64,000 bases of DNA, taken from the human T2T-CHM13v2.0 reference genome, Homo sapiens. Under the pieces are notes generated by a model, which ran no database searches, was not told the DNA's origin, and saw only the letters and a program-made list of their open reading frames with translations. The translations under genes were made by a program, and so were the position numbers. This document shows positions 31,140-46,878 of this stretch, in pieces (the stretch's first letter is position 1; every line of letters begins with the position of its first letter). Where the stretch lies: NCBI RefSeq assembly GCF_009914755.1, contig NC_060930.1. One strand, given 5' to 3'.

Positions 31140-32480
31140 CTGTGGGGCAGCATAATTAGGAGGGTGTTTTGGAAGATAAGGCAAAATAGGTGAGAACATC
31201 TATTTAATCTTTGAGGGGTAAGACCTAGATAAAAACTTACGAGATTTGGACTTTATAGACAAATATGGAGCCAACTAAGATTTATGCACTGGTAAGTCAC
31301 ATGATTTGTTTTCTATTTTAGGAAAGTATCTTCAGGAGGCAGGTAAAAGGTGCAATGAAGACTGAAGAATGGGAGAATGGATACTGTTATCAGCAGAGAC
31401 CAGAAGGCTATATACCAGGCAGTGGCTGTTACACAGAAATATCCTTCCCAAGTTCGTTCCCTTCAATTCACTCTAAAAAAAAATGGCATTCCTTAAGGCC
31501 CCGTCTTCTACCCTTTGTCATTTTCATTCTTGACACTCCTCTATTCCCGTGGATTCAGATATCAAGTTTTCTTCAGAATGTAACAACTTAGCAATGGTTA
31601 GTTTTCAGCAAAGCAAGTTTAAATATAGCAATTTTTCTGGAAATATACTTGGATTCATAAATTGTAATCAAAACTATCTTGCAAATATGAGTTTTCAGCA
31701 AATCTCTCTTGAGCCTCATAGATGTCTGCAAGGTATCTGCAATTGGTTGTTGCAGGTGCTATGAACTTTACATGTCTCAAATTGAAGTCCTTCCTACATT
31801 CTTAAACACTGAGATGTTTCAATTAGAAAGTCAGATTTCTTTTCCTTCACATGGATTTAGTCACCAATTCCTAGCTCCTTATTATTTTTGGCTTGAATTA
31901 TTGCAACAGCCCCTTCTGGTCTTATTTCTTTCAGTAGGCTTTTCCCAGTCTTTCAGAGCTTCTAGAAGGAGCTTTTGAAACAACCAATATGATCATGTCA
32001 TCCCCTTGCTTTAAATACTTTGATGGCTCCTTACTACCTTCAGGATAAAATTCACCTCCTTAACATGCCAGCCAAGGACCTCCTCAATCCTGTCCACTTG
32101 TTCAGGTCTAGCTTTTTCTGCTTTCAACCTTGCATCCTAAGCTGCAGCCATGATGAAACATTTCTGGCCACAGCAGGCTTTTGCACATGCTGTTTCTAAT
32201 GCCTCAAACAAATCCTCCCACCCACCCGGCTCCTCTTAAAACCTAATTCATCCACTTCTCACCACATGGTCTCATAGTTTCCCTTCACTATCCTTTTATT
32301 GCTTTTATGTTTCATTTTGTGACTCTCTGATTAAAGTTACTTTCACCTGTTAGACTGTAAGTTCCATAAGTGCAAGGACTATTTTTGTTTTATTGACCAT
32401 TATACCATCCAGACTGTCTTCTACTACAGTGCACAGAAAACCAGCAGGCACTCAAAGTATGTGTTAAATGAATAAATAAA
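31140..32480. mobile_element. L2 fragments (minus about 31140-31420, plus about 31490-32480)
   Basis: Plus part: gatcatgtcatccccttgctttaaatactttgatggctcc...tagactgtaagttcc...gttaaatgaataaat. Confidence 0.75.
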
Positions 32481-33789
32481 AATGCCAATGCTGGTAGGTG
32501 AGTGGGGATGGGGATCACCGATTGAATAAGGACCAGAAGAATGTGAGAAAGGAAAATGACCAAAAGCACAACTGGAGAGGTCTGCCATAGAAAGGAAAAG
32601 CAGTTCCTTCTCTGATACCTGAAAACAGCTGCAGGAGGGTAAAATTACAGAAATATAGAGAAAGTAGGGATGAAAATGTGAGGAGATTCATATTATATGG
32701 CCTCTCTTCAAGAAAGCAGAAGACCAAGTCAACTTGGAGTAAGAAATCAGCAGCTTGAGTGAGAAACGTGGACATTCTTTTCTGACCTGCTGCTGTAGAG
32801 AATGGGGTAGAGTCAGTAGGGAAGAACAAAAAAGATGACCAAGACCACGGGCCTCGCTGAGGAAAGTAATCACAAATCTCATGAAGAGACAGTGTCAATA
32901 CAATACTATAATTTTTACAAAAGCTATGGTTAAATACCAGAGTAGAAGTGAGAAAAATGGGCAACTTGTTGTGCCCCCACCAATCCTGGGCACTAGTGAA
33001 AGAAATGGACAACTAAATGTCCCCCCACCAGGCCTGGGGATTGGTGAGACAAGTGAAACACTCCAAGTGCTAATGATGCATCTGGCATCATATTGCTAAA
33101 TAATCCTGCTTTTATTTCCTAGTGGTCTGAGAGGCCCGGTTTGAGAAGAATGAAAACTGATTGCAGACAACCACGGAAGCAAGAAGCACCAGAATGCACT
33201 CCCTTTCTTAGAATTCCTGCAAACTGAAGGGTCATTGGGTTACCCACTTCCTCTTTTGGGACTAAACTATTTCCTAATCTCTTATCACTAGGGAATAGTT
33301 CTTCCCAAACCAGGTCACCCAAATACAGTGGTGTGTAAGAGGTGGCTGCTTAAAAACGCCTATAGCAATGGGGAAGCGGTAAGAGAGGTAAAAAGAGAAC
33401 AGACTCATTAAGTACAAAAAAATTCAAATAAAAGAGTAATAAAAGCAAATTTGTTCCAACATGTTGAAACATCTTTTATTGTATGCATGGCTTGTCTGAA
33501 TAAAAGACACACTTAAATAAGAAAAAGTTCTTCCCTTTTTATGTACCTAAAGGGGAACCATATTAAAATGAGAGACCAATATGACCCATTACTGTGACTG
33601 CTAAGTAATTATAAAAATAATAGCATACAGTTGATTTTCCATAGTTTATGAAAAGATTAGCGTATGTTTAACTTCTGAAACAAAGGAAATTAACATTAGT
33701 CAATAGATATCTAAATTTAATTATTAGACATTTTATATATACTCATCACTTTGAGTCTCACAAAGCTGGATATATCTTTATGTAAAATT

Positions 33790-33843
33790 CTTGTTTTTAA
33801 GTAGGGTAGTCTACAGCTTGTTTTTAAGTAGGGTAGTCTACAG
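33790..33843. repeat. Perfect 27-bp tandem duplication
   Basis: cttgtttttaagtagggtagtctacag twice. Confidence 0.97.
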
Positions 33844-34068
33844 CTCATATACAACTACTCATATACTGGCAGTTAATGGAATAATGTAAGCAAAATTTCA
33901 TTACAGGATCTTAAAATGAAAAGCTTTTTATTTTACTTATGAGTGTTTTTTCCTTTAATTACAATATTTATAATATGTAATTCCTTTAATACTTATAAGT
34001 GTTTTTTCCTTTAATTACAATATTTATATTGTAATTTATATATATTATACATAAAAATTAAAATATAG

Positions 34069-34284
34069 CAGTGGTTCTCAACTGGAGAGTGAGGGGTGAT
34101 TTTGACCCCTGGGGAAATCTGGCCGTGTCTGAAAGACATTTTTGATTGTCACAAGTGGGAAGAGGTGCATCTAGTGGACAGAGGCCAACAATGGCACTAA
34201 CCATGTTATAATGCACAGCATATTCCCAACAACAAAGAATTATCCAGCCCCAAATGCCAACAGTGCCGAGGTTGAGAAACCCTG
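34069..34284 (+). mobile_element. MER20 (hAT-Charlie)
   Basis: cagtggttctcaac...aaagaattatccagccccaaatgccaacagtgccgaggttgagaaaccctg. Confidence 0.88.
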
Positions 34285-34529
34285 GAATAGAATGGTTGAC
34301 AAAACAAGAGGACAGCAGAGTTAGGGTGACGGAGAACTTCCAAAAAAAGGTCATGCTGCTTGTCGAGTCAGAAGACACAACGACTGATACTAGTCAATTT
34401 GGCCACTGTCTAAAGGACAATTTATGACTAGGAATGATGGGTGGGAAGTTCTCTCAATAACATCTTTCACATTTTAGATCTGTAGCAGACTTTTAGAGGG
34501 ATGTTACTGATATTTAGGTTAATCCTCCG

Positions 34530-34822
<293 letters not shown>

Positions 34823-35771
34823 TGAACCTTTGAAAAAACATCATGAAGAGCAAATATGTTACCTGATAAAAACAAGCCTTAGAATTTGAGAATTTATAGT
34901 ATTCTCTAAACTAAGTTTTAATGGAAGATCTGTGTAAGAAAATGAGATGTGGCAGAGACTAAGCTCAGAGACTCAAATCAGCTAAATAAGGAGTGGGTTG
35001 CTAAACAGAAAAGCAATTCATCCCTAGGTTATTCTGTGAAACTTTTAATTAACGAGAATTTAGGAAGATATCGAGGAAATGACACATTCCCTAAACCTTG
35101 TTCTGAAGTTAAACTACAGGGGGATTCTCTCATGTTCCTTTCATTTCAGAACCACTGGCAATTATCTAGGTCCTGCCTTCAGGCTGGATAAACTGAGAAG
35201 ATAAGCAGCCTGCAGGGTCTCACCTTGTAGAGAGTTAAGAGGGTCCTGGAAATATGGAGAGCACTTGCCCAAAGTGGCAAGAAACAGGGCTGTTGTGGGA
35301 GAAGAGACACAGTAGGGGCTGAGGTACATATATCAAATACAATGGCAGAGGCACAGGTGGAAAAGAAGCAGTCAAACAAGTTGCCAGACCTTCAAGAGAA
35401 TAAAGGCCTTATAAGTTCCTTTCGGAGTAGGAGAGAGTCCCTATTAATTTCTTGAGGCTTTGAGATTCCTCTGCGTAGGTCATTTCAGGACTCTATTGTT
35501 GGGAGTGGAATCTATGGGTATGAGGTAAAGGTAACTCACACAGGCTTTGCTGTTACATCACTGGGATACCACCCACCTTCTTTATGGGACACTTATCTCT
35601 CTAGACTCCAGAATAACACATATTATTCAAATGTAAATAACATTTATATGAAATTAATACTTTTTTCTCAAAATAGGTGTTATAAGTTATTGAAACAAAT
35701 TAGGGGAAAGAAAAAACATATTAGTGCTATCTGCATTGAAATTCTTCCTGGGACACAAATAAGCACTTTAG

Positions 35772-36097
<326 letters not shown>

Positions 36098-37266
36098 TAA
36101 GGCTTCAGGTCAGTTTCATCACTATCCTTGATATATACAAAGTTAGTTTTGATTCAGTTCTCTTCAGATAAAGTAAGAAAACTTCAAATATTACAAAAAG
36201 TTTAAAGCAAATCCAAGCATAAATTAATTTTATTAAATATAATAGAAATAAATCACTGTATTTTCTTTGAACAGAATTACTAAAGTAAAAAAATACAAAT
36301 TGATATTATTCTTTAGCAATAGAAAAGAAGCAACAATTATGACCATATTTCCAATGATTTAGTATATATTAACTAACTACTGGCTATTTGGAAAACCTGT
36401 TTCACCATAACAAAAATCTGCACTGTCTATTATAAATTTGTTGTTGGACTTAATATAATAATAAATCATATTATTCCTATGATTAACAATAATTCAGATT
36501 CATTCCTGGTACAGGGATCAGTAAATGGAAAAAAATTTTCTCTATAAAGTGATATTTGAAAATAGTGTTATACAGCACAATTATTAGATACTTTGAAGAC
36601 TAAGAAAAACACATGCACATTGAGGGCAATATATTTATTGCCTACCATTTTTCTGAGAGGCTGACAGATTTACCAATGTAAAATTTTGCGTGTATGTGTG
36701 TTTGGCTGGAAGAGGAACTACCATGAAGTTATCTAATGCTTTTGGGTTCTCTGTTCTTGTTTTGAACTAGGCAAGAAAGCAGCTGTTCCTGAAAATAACC
36801 AGAGTGTACACTTTGGTTTAGAATAGTCTGTCCTTTGGAATTAAGCCAGCATGCTCTTATTGACTCTACATGCTTAATAAAATAATGAAAATTATTAAGA
36901 CATTCCTCTGCTCATGTGAAGATTAGCTATAATAGATATTTTTATAATTATCTTGAATAGCAAAACCAATAACTGTTATTCATTTAGTGAATTTTTAGAG
37001 AAGAATATAAGCAAAAATAACAGTAGTTTCTCCACATCTTCAAAAATAATCTAACATTTCTGTGCATACTTATTACTGTACATCTAGCATTTATATAAAA
37101 ACATACTTGACTGTATTAATGTTGAAACACTAATAGAAGGTAAATAGTACTTTACTACTTTGGGTTTTGTTTTTTAGAAATAAAGAAAAAAGAAAACAGC
37201 ATTTTCAGGAATTAAAAAAACAGATTTTAGGAATTAAAAAAAGAAAACTGGGTATTTTGGTACCTA

Positions 37267-37791
<525 letters not shown>

Positions 37792-38467
37792 CTATTCTTT
37801 ACTGGTTAAAATTTTAAAACTATGAACATGTTATTTTTTATAGTAGAACAACTCTAGTAATTAAAACAAATTTTAGTAATAACTTTCCTCCCCAAATAAA
37901 TGGATCATAAAGGTTAATGCTTAGGCTAGCAAAAATAAAAAGGCTAAAAAGCAAAAAAAGTCCAAAACACAAAAAATAGAACAAAGTTTGTCAGCACTAC
38001 TCGTTTTCAAAGCTTCTGAGTTTCTCTCCTTCCTGATAATACTTATATTCTCTTTTCTGTTAGATGCAATTTGTAGCACACCTTGGTAAAAATGTTCTGG
38101 AATGAACTTGGAGGAAAACATTTTCCTGCTCCCACTCCCCTGTGGTATAAGTTGTTACTGATTTGTTTCGGGATGATTAACTCATCTCGTCCCCTCCTCC
38201 TCCAGTGAAGAGCCAGCAACAAATGCTGCCATCACCCACTAACATTTCAATGAACCAGATGAAATGCTGGAAGGTACCTGGCACAATTAGCAACAGAGCA
38301 GGTGTGTTCCACTTGGAAGAACATGTAAGATGCAGCAGCTGCCAAGCTATTAAGAGGTATAATTTTGCTTCTTATTCTATAGCTTGAAAATAAATAATTT
38401 TAAAAAGGAAAGAAAATGATTGAGGTTTGTTTCCTTTTTTCATTAAAAATATAGAGTACAATTCTTA

Positions 38468-38884
<417 letters not shown>

Positions 38885-40412
38885 CAGGGATGTAAAAAAC
38901 CAGTGTGATACAGAACCTGGCTAACTGTGCAGGTACCAACTGTATGTGTGTGTTGCTAACTAGGTGGTGGAGGAAAATGGGCACTGGCCTGAGAATATGG
39001 AGGCCATGCTCCTAATTAGCAGCATCATTTTAAACGAACTTCTTATAGCTTCCCGGATCTCAATTTCCTGTAGAATGAAGGAGTTGATCAGAATCACCAA
39101 GGATGTTCTCTAAGGTCCTTTCCATGTCACTAGTTCTGTAATTCTATGAACTTAGACGCCCCACAATTTTAGTCACTTTATCACAGACGACTTTTCATGT
39201 TCTTTCTTAAAAAAAAGTGATAATAAAAATAAGACTTGAACATGAAATTAAATATCTGATAGACTCTGTGGGAGGTTTATAAGGTAAGGTCTTGATAAAA
39301 TCAAACCATATATATTTTAATAAAGGAGCTAAATTTAAGAAATGCAACTAGCCAGGTGCTAAGAAGCTCAGTTACACGTTTCTCAAAAGTTGGCTGTTAG
39401 TTCCATGACTCAGAGTGCACTCAAATCATTTTAATTACTCGAGGCAACATTATATTTCTTAGGGGCTTCTTTTCCATAAACATAGATCATTTGTTATACC
39501 TTCTCTCACTGGGAAGTAAAATACTGTCTTACACACATAGCACATTCCTAAGAGAAAAAAATATATGCAGGATTCTACTCTAACACGTGGATTCAGATAG
39601 AGAAGATCAAATCATGTTCTTCAACAAAAGAAATCCACGCATCTTAAGATTTAAAGCCTAATTTGAGTTCCATATCCTCCATGAGAACATTCCTACTCCC
39701 TTGCCCAAATGGAGTTTTATCCTCTGCCACTCCTTTACATGACTCTAAATTCCTTAAATCTATTAGAATTAAGGTTTGGGCATCAGTGGGATTAGCCTGA
39801 AGTAGACCTCAAGGGTGACTGACGATGGTATCTGAAGAACTGGTCTGCTGCAATATGAATATGAAGGTATGTTTGAAGCATGGAGATCACTCTATGAGGG
39901 GCAAAAGTCATAGGAAATTTGAAAAATCAACTACAGTCTAAACTAAGACTATGATGCAGTGAGTCCACCTAAGTAGAGTGGCACAGGCAGTGAGAACTGG
40001 GAAGTTTTGGAAACAAGTAGGAGGTCCCTATCCATAAGAACACAGGCACATCAGGAAGAGGAAGGGGCAATACCAACTTCACAGGTAAGACACTGACAGA
40101 GTTCTTTATGTTTCCTCTGGCAGAGTCAATGTTAACTCAAGGGTAATAGAAACATACTAAGGGAGGGGGGGTCAGGTCACCTCAGTTTCAAAGGTTACCG
40201 TGTTGCAGAGTCAGGGACATGAGAAAAATCACAAAGAGTAAAGACTGTATCTTTCATAGCATCACACAGTTTTTAATACAGACTAAAAGTATTGTTAGCT
40301 GTCACAGCAACCCTTTACACCAATGTTATAAATGCTTCCACTGCATTAAAGGTTTTTATGTTGTAAATTTAGACCTCAGGTTTGTGTTATGTTTGTGTTA
40401 ACCTTATGTTTA

Positions 40413-40761
40413 TGTTATGGACCTCATGTCTGTGTAACCCCCAAATTCATGTGTTAAAATCCTAACTCTCAACAAGATGGTTGTTAGGAGGTATTTGGGA
40501 GGTAATTAGGTCTTGAGGGCAGAGCCCTCATAAATGGTATTGGTGCTTTTATAATGAGAGACACAAAAAAGCTTGCTTCCTCTCTCTGCTCTCTGCCCAG
40601 TGAGGATAAGTGAGGTTGCAAACCAGGAAGGAGACTTTCACCAGACCCTGGATCTGCCAGCACATTGATCATGAACTTTCCAGCTTCCAGAAGTGTGAGG
40701 AAAAAATTTTGTTATTTAAGCCACCCAGTCTACATTTGTTACAGCAGACACAACTAAGACA
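40413..40761 (+). mobile_element. MaLR solo LTR (MST-like)
   Basis: tgttatggac...tttgggaggtaattaggtcttgagggcagagccctcat...ttaagccacccagtcta...actaagaca. Confidence 0.88.
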
Positions 40762-41399
40762 AGCATTTTCCTAAATTCTTAAATCTGCTGCTGAATTACA
40801 AACAATGGGTAATATTACACTTGTAACATTTGCCCATAATCAAATTCCTGCCAATCCTCTTGACTGTATCCCTTACAGTCCTTACATTGTTGTAGGCAAC
40901 CATCACCATATATCCTTGCTTATTTGAAACTGATGTTTTACCAAGAAACCATTTTTCTTTCAGTTCCTTACAGCACAGGCTACTCATTCTCACATAGTTC
41001 ATGGTTCTCTCATGAACCATGAGAGCCGGGAGTTAACAATGGCCTCCTCTTAGTTCCCTACTGCTGATTTTAGGGTATTGCAATGCCAAAGCACTTTTCC
41101 TTGGGTGCTCTGACACCTGGCTATTACATCTCCTGCTTATCTTTGCATCTGTGATCTGCAGACCTTGTGGTCATTCTAACACAATGGCTGTCAATATTGG
41201 CTGCACATTAAAATTACCTGGAAAGCTTTTGAAATCTGCCCTTGCCTACGTCCTATTTCACCAACTAAATGTATTTGAAGGGGTGGAGATTGTAATCCAT
41301 ATCTAGTTTTTTAACTGGTTTGGTGATTTCAATGTGAAGCCAAAGTTGAGACCTTTGTTCTAACCTAAGAATTAAGTATGTCAGCTCTTTGTTCATCAG

Positions 41400-44040
41400 T
41401 TTCCTCTTCATCCTAACTCTTGCTATCATCCTGGAATCTTAATGTTCAAGAGTACAACCTGTCCAACACTCTGGGTCCTAGTTCCTTGACCAGTTCAACT
41501 CTAATAACATGTTCCTCAATTTCACTTCAGCTTTTATACATACTTTATGAATTTATCATAACCTGAGCTGCCTGACATCTGAGATACTAAATAAGCAAAA
41601 GAGTTTATGGCCTTGAACTCTATAGTTCTAGCTTGGTGACTCCTTTTCCGTGTGATGCTATGCCTCTACCTGGGCCCCGGTAGCTTGCTGTAACCTTGTA
41701 GAGGAGAACGTGCTTTCTAACTCTGCCAATCTTCTGATTCTACGTCCTTTCCAAATGGATAATCCTCTATGGTGCATCACTCTGGTAATTCTTACCAATT
41801 CTATCAAGTCTCTCAACCTCTTGTGTTCCTTTCACATTCACAACTCCAATTATATATTAAACCAAATCTGCCTTCTCTACTGCTATGCCCTAGATGCTGA
41901 GAAGAGACTACTGAAGAAGAAAAAATCCAACTGTAGATTTATGCCACCTCCATTCTTATGGTATCCAAAAGAGCAGCTCCCAGAACTACTAAGAAATCTT
42001 TTTATATGTCCTAAATGAGCCCCTATTTTCCTTACTCAGATGGTTATTATTCTTCTTGTGCTCCTATCTCACTCCTTTGCCACTCGCATTAGAAATGAAC
42101 CTTGCTTTTTGTTTTGGAGAACATAAAAATATCTTTAATTTCTAGACTTCAACCCTTTATTAACTTATCTGCATCCCTATCCACACTTACCTGTTTAGAG
42201 GGGCACTGCTCTAAGCTCCATCCTGTTGACATTTTTGGCCAGAGAATTCTTTGTTGAGGGGAGCTGTCCTCTGCATTCTAGGATACTGAGCAACATCCAT
42301 GACCTCTGCCCACCAGTATTATCCCCCACCTTGTAGTTGAGAAAACAAAAAACATCTCCAAACATTGCTAAATGACTCCTGGATGGCACAATCACTCTCA
42401 CTTGAGAACCCTCTGCTTGGAGCAAGACTGATCTGTCAACCTGTCTTTCCAATAAAGTACTTCCTGCTTCCTCCAAGATCCACTGTGTCCTTGGTGTCCT
42501 TTCTTTATCTGTCTTCAACCTGAACCTGTCTATTGGCTTTGTCTCCTTAATATATAATTTTACATCTGTCCATTATTTAAAAAATCATTCATGGACACCA
42601 GACCTCCCTTTAGCCACTGAGGAATCTTTTTTTATTCTTCAAAGTGAAACTTTGAGAATGGCTTCCATGAGAGTTCACATGCTGAGGCCTCATTCCACCT
42701 TTACTCTGCTCTTTAATCCTTGCCACTCTATTGATACCGGTACAAAGCTACCAGGGTCCTCTTGATGACCAAATGCTTCGACAACCTAACTGCTTGGCTG
42801 TTTCCAACTATACTCTTCTTGAACCTCTCTACCTCTTCTGGCTTCCAGGGCACTTTTTTCTGTTTATTATTTTTTCTTTTTTTCCTTTTCCTTTATTCTT
42901 TCTTAATTTTCTCTTCCTTTGACTGTCCCTTAATACTAGTGTTTAATTAGGTTCTGTCCTTGGCCTTCTCCTCTTATAGCTCTATGACATACTTTCTGGG
43001 CTCTGCCTTCATTACAAGCTTCCACTTACTGATATAATAGAACTAACACACTAATTCTCATTTGATTTTGAAGCTCTACATTCTCTCAAATTCCAATCCT
43101 GCATTTCTGGCTCCCAGTGAATATTTCTATCTGGGAGCACTACAGATACTACTAACAAATTGAGATATCTAAAACTGAGCTTATCATATCTTACTCTGCA
43201 AGGAATGGTGATTCCTTTTCCCTGTCTTCCCAAATCTTTCTTATTTATTTCATTACTTCTATGGCACCACTATTTATTCAGTTGTCTAAGACCCTTAGCA
43301 AAATCCTAGATTCCAACTTCACTAATAAAATCCAATCAATCATAAAATCCTGTCAATTACAGCTTATGTCCCCTGACCTCCATCCCCCCTAGTTCAGGTT
43401 TTTGTATTTTATTTCCATGGATTCCTAATTTCCTTGTGCTAGGTCCTTAGCTACCTCAAATTCAGCAACTATTCTGCTGCACTAGAATGACCTTTCTAAC
43501 ATGCAAATCTGTTCATGTCATTCCCTGAATTACGTCCTTCAGGGGATCCCCTTCGTCAGGAGTATAAAATTTAAGTGTTTTAGTAGAGTATGCTACGCTC
43601 TTCTGTGGCCTGGTTCCTGGATTTCTCCTGTACTTCTCTCTATTAGAACTTATGCCCAGACATAATCATACCATCCCATAACTTACTCACGTTATTCCCT
43701 CTGCTGGAAAGGTTTTTCTAACTTCACTGACCTAACACATATTTTTGCATCCTAGATGCCTCAGGTCAAGTATTTCCTCCTTGGGAACTCTTCATGGACT
43801 CCCCCAGGGTATATTTAAGAGGCTTTCTTTGTATGTGTTCCCAATATACTGTGTACATATCTGCATTATAGTTTCTACCAGAGTCTACTGGACTTGCTTG
43901 CTTGCAGGTGTGTGCACCAGCCTGTAAGCAACTTAAGGGCAAGTGCCTTGCCTACTCCTGAAACTCCTGTTTCAGTGGGGATTAATAGAGCGCATGGATG
44001 AAGGCATTCAATAAAACATGCTGACTGACTGAATGATATA
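41400..44040 (+). mobile_element. Long degraded L2, interrupted by MER20
   Basis: Pyrimidine-rich; taggttctgtccttggccttctc, ctaaaactgagcttatc, ttcatgtcattccctg, ending gactgactgaatga. Confidence 0.7.
42203..42416 (-). mobile_element. MER20
   Basis: Reverse-complement similarity to the copy at 34069-34284. Confidence 0.8.
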
Positions 44041-44499
44041 CGTCAGGTTCAACTGTCAAAAAACTTTATTTTGACACTGTAATGATATGTACATGAAATG
44101 TATTTGTAAAAAAAATCTATGTTGGTTCATGGAATCAAGAAGCAGTGAGGTTATTCAGTGTAAGGGAAGAGCTAATTTAATATAATAAAACAAGTTTAGT
44201 AAGCAATATACATGATAGTACAGTGCTTATTAAACCTTTCTACCAAAGTACTGCTAACAACAGAAGAATACTGATTAATATCCCTGAAGGGTCTGATGAC
44301 ACAGACTAAAATACATGACATTTCTCTGGCTACTCTGGCTGGTAATACATCCACATTCATTTTAACGTAAAAACATTTTAAATTATTTGCAAGTAAAAGG
44401 AATGCTCCAGAAAGACAGAACTTCTTAATTTTGTGAACTCCAGTGAGCTCTAGCATAAATGTTTACCTCTCAGGTGGGGCTGATGACACTGTCAGTATC

Positions 44500-44720
44500 A
44501 CAGTTAAAGAAATAAGTGCAGAGTAGAAACAGCACACCTAAAGCCACAAGTTCTACTTTGGGTCCTTGTCCCATCACTTAGGCTGTGACTTGGAGTCTAC
44601 TTTAACCTCTCTGGGCCTCCTCAGTTTCCTTATCTGGAAAATGGCTATAACGTTTGCCTTATGTATTTCATAATGATGTTTGTACCAAGACATAAAAAAT
44701 AATGTGAACAATGAAGGATA
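44500..44720 (+). mobile_element. MIR
   Basis: ggctgtgacttgg...tttaacctctctgggcctcctcagtttccttatctggaaaatgg. Confidence 0.8.
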
Positions 44721-44806
44721 ATAAGCATAAAAAATAAAGTAATATTTTATCCAGAGAGAGTGAAAATCAAAGTACATATGTAATACGTATGCTTAAAAAC
44801 ATTTAC

Positions 44807-44904
44807 CTTTTGAGGAGCTGGAGATTTTTCTATTTTAGTTTTTTCCTCAGGGCTTAAAGGAGGGGATCGCTCCTTTATCTCAGGAGGCAGTTCTTGATAC
44901 AGTG
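44807..44904 (-). CDS. AHI1: AHI1 coding exon, Pro-rich tail (98 bp, phase 1 to 0)
   Basis: (T)[32 protein letters not shown], in frame with the SH3 exon. Acceptor ctttttccaatttcag|CAC, donor AAG|gtaaat. Not in the ORF track. Confidence 0.96.
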
Positions 44905-45489
44905 CTGAAATTGGAAAAAGGAATTCATGTAATCAAATTGAGGAGCACTGCTCCATGGGGGAAAAACAACGATGGTAGGGGCAAATATGAAATTAAAGAA
45001 ATCGATATTCAATTCCTTGGTGTACCAATAAGATACCTAAAACTTACTTGTTACGGCAATTTGCAATTTTACTCATTAGTTATCAAAAGAACTATGATTG
45101 GAAAATTTTAATCATCTGGATTTCAGAAATGCAGAAGGTGTCATTTTCACTTATTATCTGGTCAGACAGATGCTTATTTTATTTTATCTCAATACACATT
45201 TACCAGGGACCTGCTAAATGCCAGGATATCTGCTAGGAACTGTTGGAGAACATATGGAGATCATCAAAAGATAGTCTTCATTAGCAAGGAGCTTACAGTC
45301 TGGTCAGAGAAAGACATGTTTACAAGTAACCATAAAATAAATGTGACATTATTTGAAAGTGAAATAATTACAAAGACAAACTCTGATGTGGGGATGGAAA
45401 ATGCTTAATGGAAGAAGTGGTAGGTGTATCAGACTCTGAAGACTAGGTAGGATTTTACCAGTCAGAGGTACGCAGAAAAACTAATTTGG

Positions 45490-45770
45490 GGGCAGGGCGC
45501 GGTGGCTCATGCCAACACTTTGGGAGGCCGAGGTGGGCAGATCCCTTGAGGCCAAGAGTTTGAGACCAGCCTGGCCAACATGGTGAAACCCCATCCCTAC
45601 CCAAAAATATAATAATTAGCTGGGCATGGTGGCGTGCACCTGTAGTCCCAGCTTTGGGAGGCTGAGGCATGGGAATTGTTTGAACCTGAGAGGTGGAGGT
45701 TGCAGTGAGCCAAGACAGCGCCACTGCACTCCAGCCTGGGAGACAGGGCGAGACTCTGTCTCAAAAAAAA
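45490..45770 (+). mobile_element. Alu
   Basis: Dimer with small deletions. Confidence 0.92.
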
Positions 45771-46744
45771 GGAAATGATAATTTGGGAAGACGATATGAA
45801 ATCAATAAGCATGGAGTTAGGACTATATATGATATTGAATCTATATACAGTGTTGAATTTAAGATTCTTACAATCCAATATTCTATATAATCTATTGAAT
45901 CTACATAGGGTATTGAATCTAAAGAGCTATGTGCAAATTTTAAAGGGTTAAAACAAAAATATATTTTGGTTAAGAACATCTCTGAACTGAAAGAAATTGC
46001 TGAGATATACTTGATCAAAATTGTACAACTAAGATTATGAGATATACTAATTGTCTTTGTATGTGGAGTGATTTTATTATTGGGTTTATCTCATATTTTG
46101 AGGGTGTTAGATGTCATGGGGGAAGCTGATCATGTTGTTCTTTACAGTGCCTTAAGATACAAAGAGAGTAAGTTCCTTGTAACAGTGGGAGTACGAACTT
46201 CTTTTATTGTGTTGTTCTCTTAGAGGACAGGCTCTCTTAGAGTATCTGCTTGTATACTTCCTTAGATTCTGCTCTTATACTCCCTTAGATAATTCACTTT
46301 GCATAGTTGGCTTCAGATAAAGATCAAGGACAATTCTTCCTACTATTTTTAGACTAGAATATGCTACTGACAGTCATTTTTTTCTCTAATGTTAAAACTG
46401 GGCAATTGAGTTTTTTGTTAAATTCAGGTAAAAAAAGGATAAAAGGGAAAGGGAAATAACCCCTAATGAAGTGTGAGAGTTCAATCATTACAGTCGCAGA
46501 TTTTTCTAAGTTTTTTTTGTTTGTTTGTTCTGGTCTATACAAGGCTTTTTAAAGCAGTGACTGATGACAAAAGAAAACATAAATTATTCTGGGATACAAT
46601 AAGGAATTATGGCAGTTGAAAGATGGTCATCATTGAGACAAAGAATTTATTTCTGTACGTAGCCATCAACTCATCACTGCAATATGCTTCAGAGGTCTGG
46701 CTTTGATCATCATGGAAGAAGAACAAATTTTATTAGCTTTTAAA

Positions 46745-46878
46745 AAAAATTTATCTTTTGTGGAGATGGAGTCTTGTTATATTGCCCAGGCTGGTCTCAA
46801 ACTCTTGGCGTCAAGTGATCCTCCCTCTTCAGCCTCCTGAAGTGTTGGGATTACAGGTATGAGCTGCTGCATCTGGCC
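46745..46878 (-). mobile_element. FLAM-like Alu monomer
   Basis: Single reverse left-arm-like unit with attagctttt flanking repeats. Confidence 0.85.

Noticed and set aside
32515-33012. Longest ORF in the track (165 aa, minus strand)
   Set aside because: F/L/S-rich composition, no recognisable domain, and no clear splice link to AHI1.
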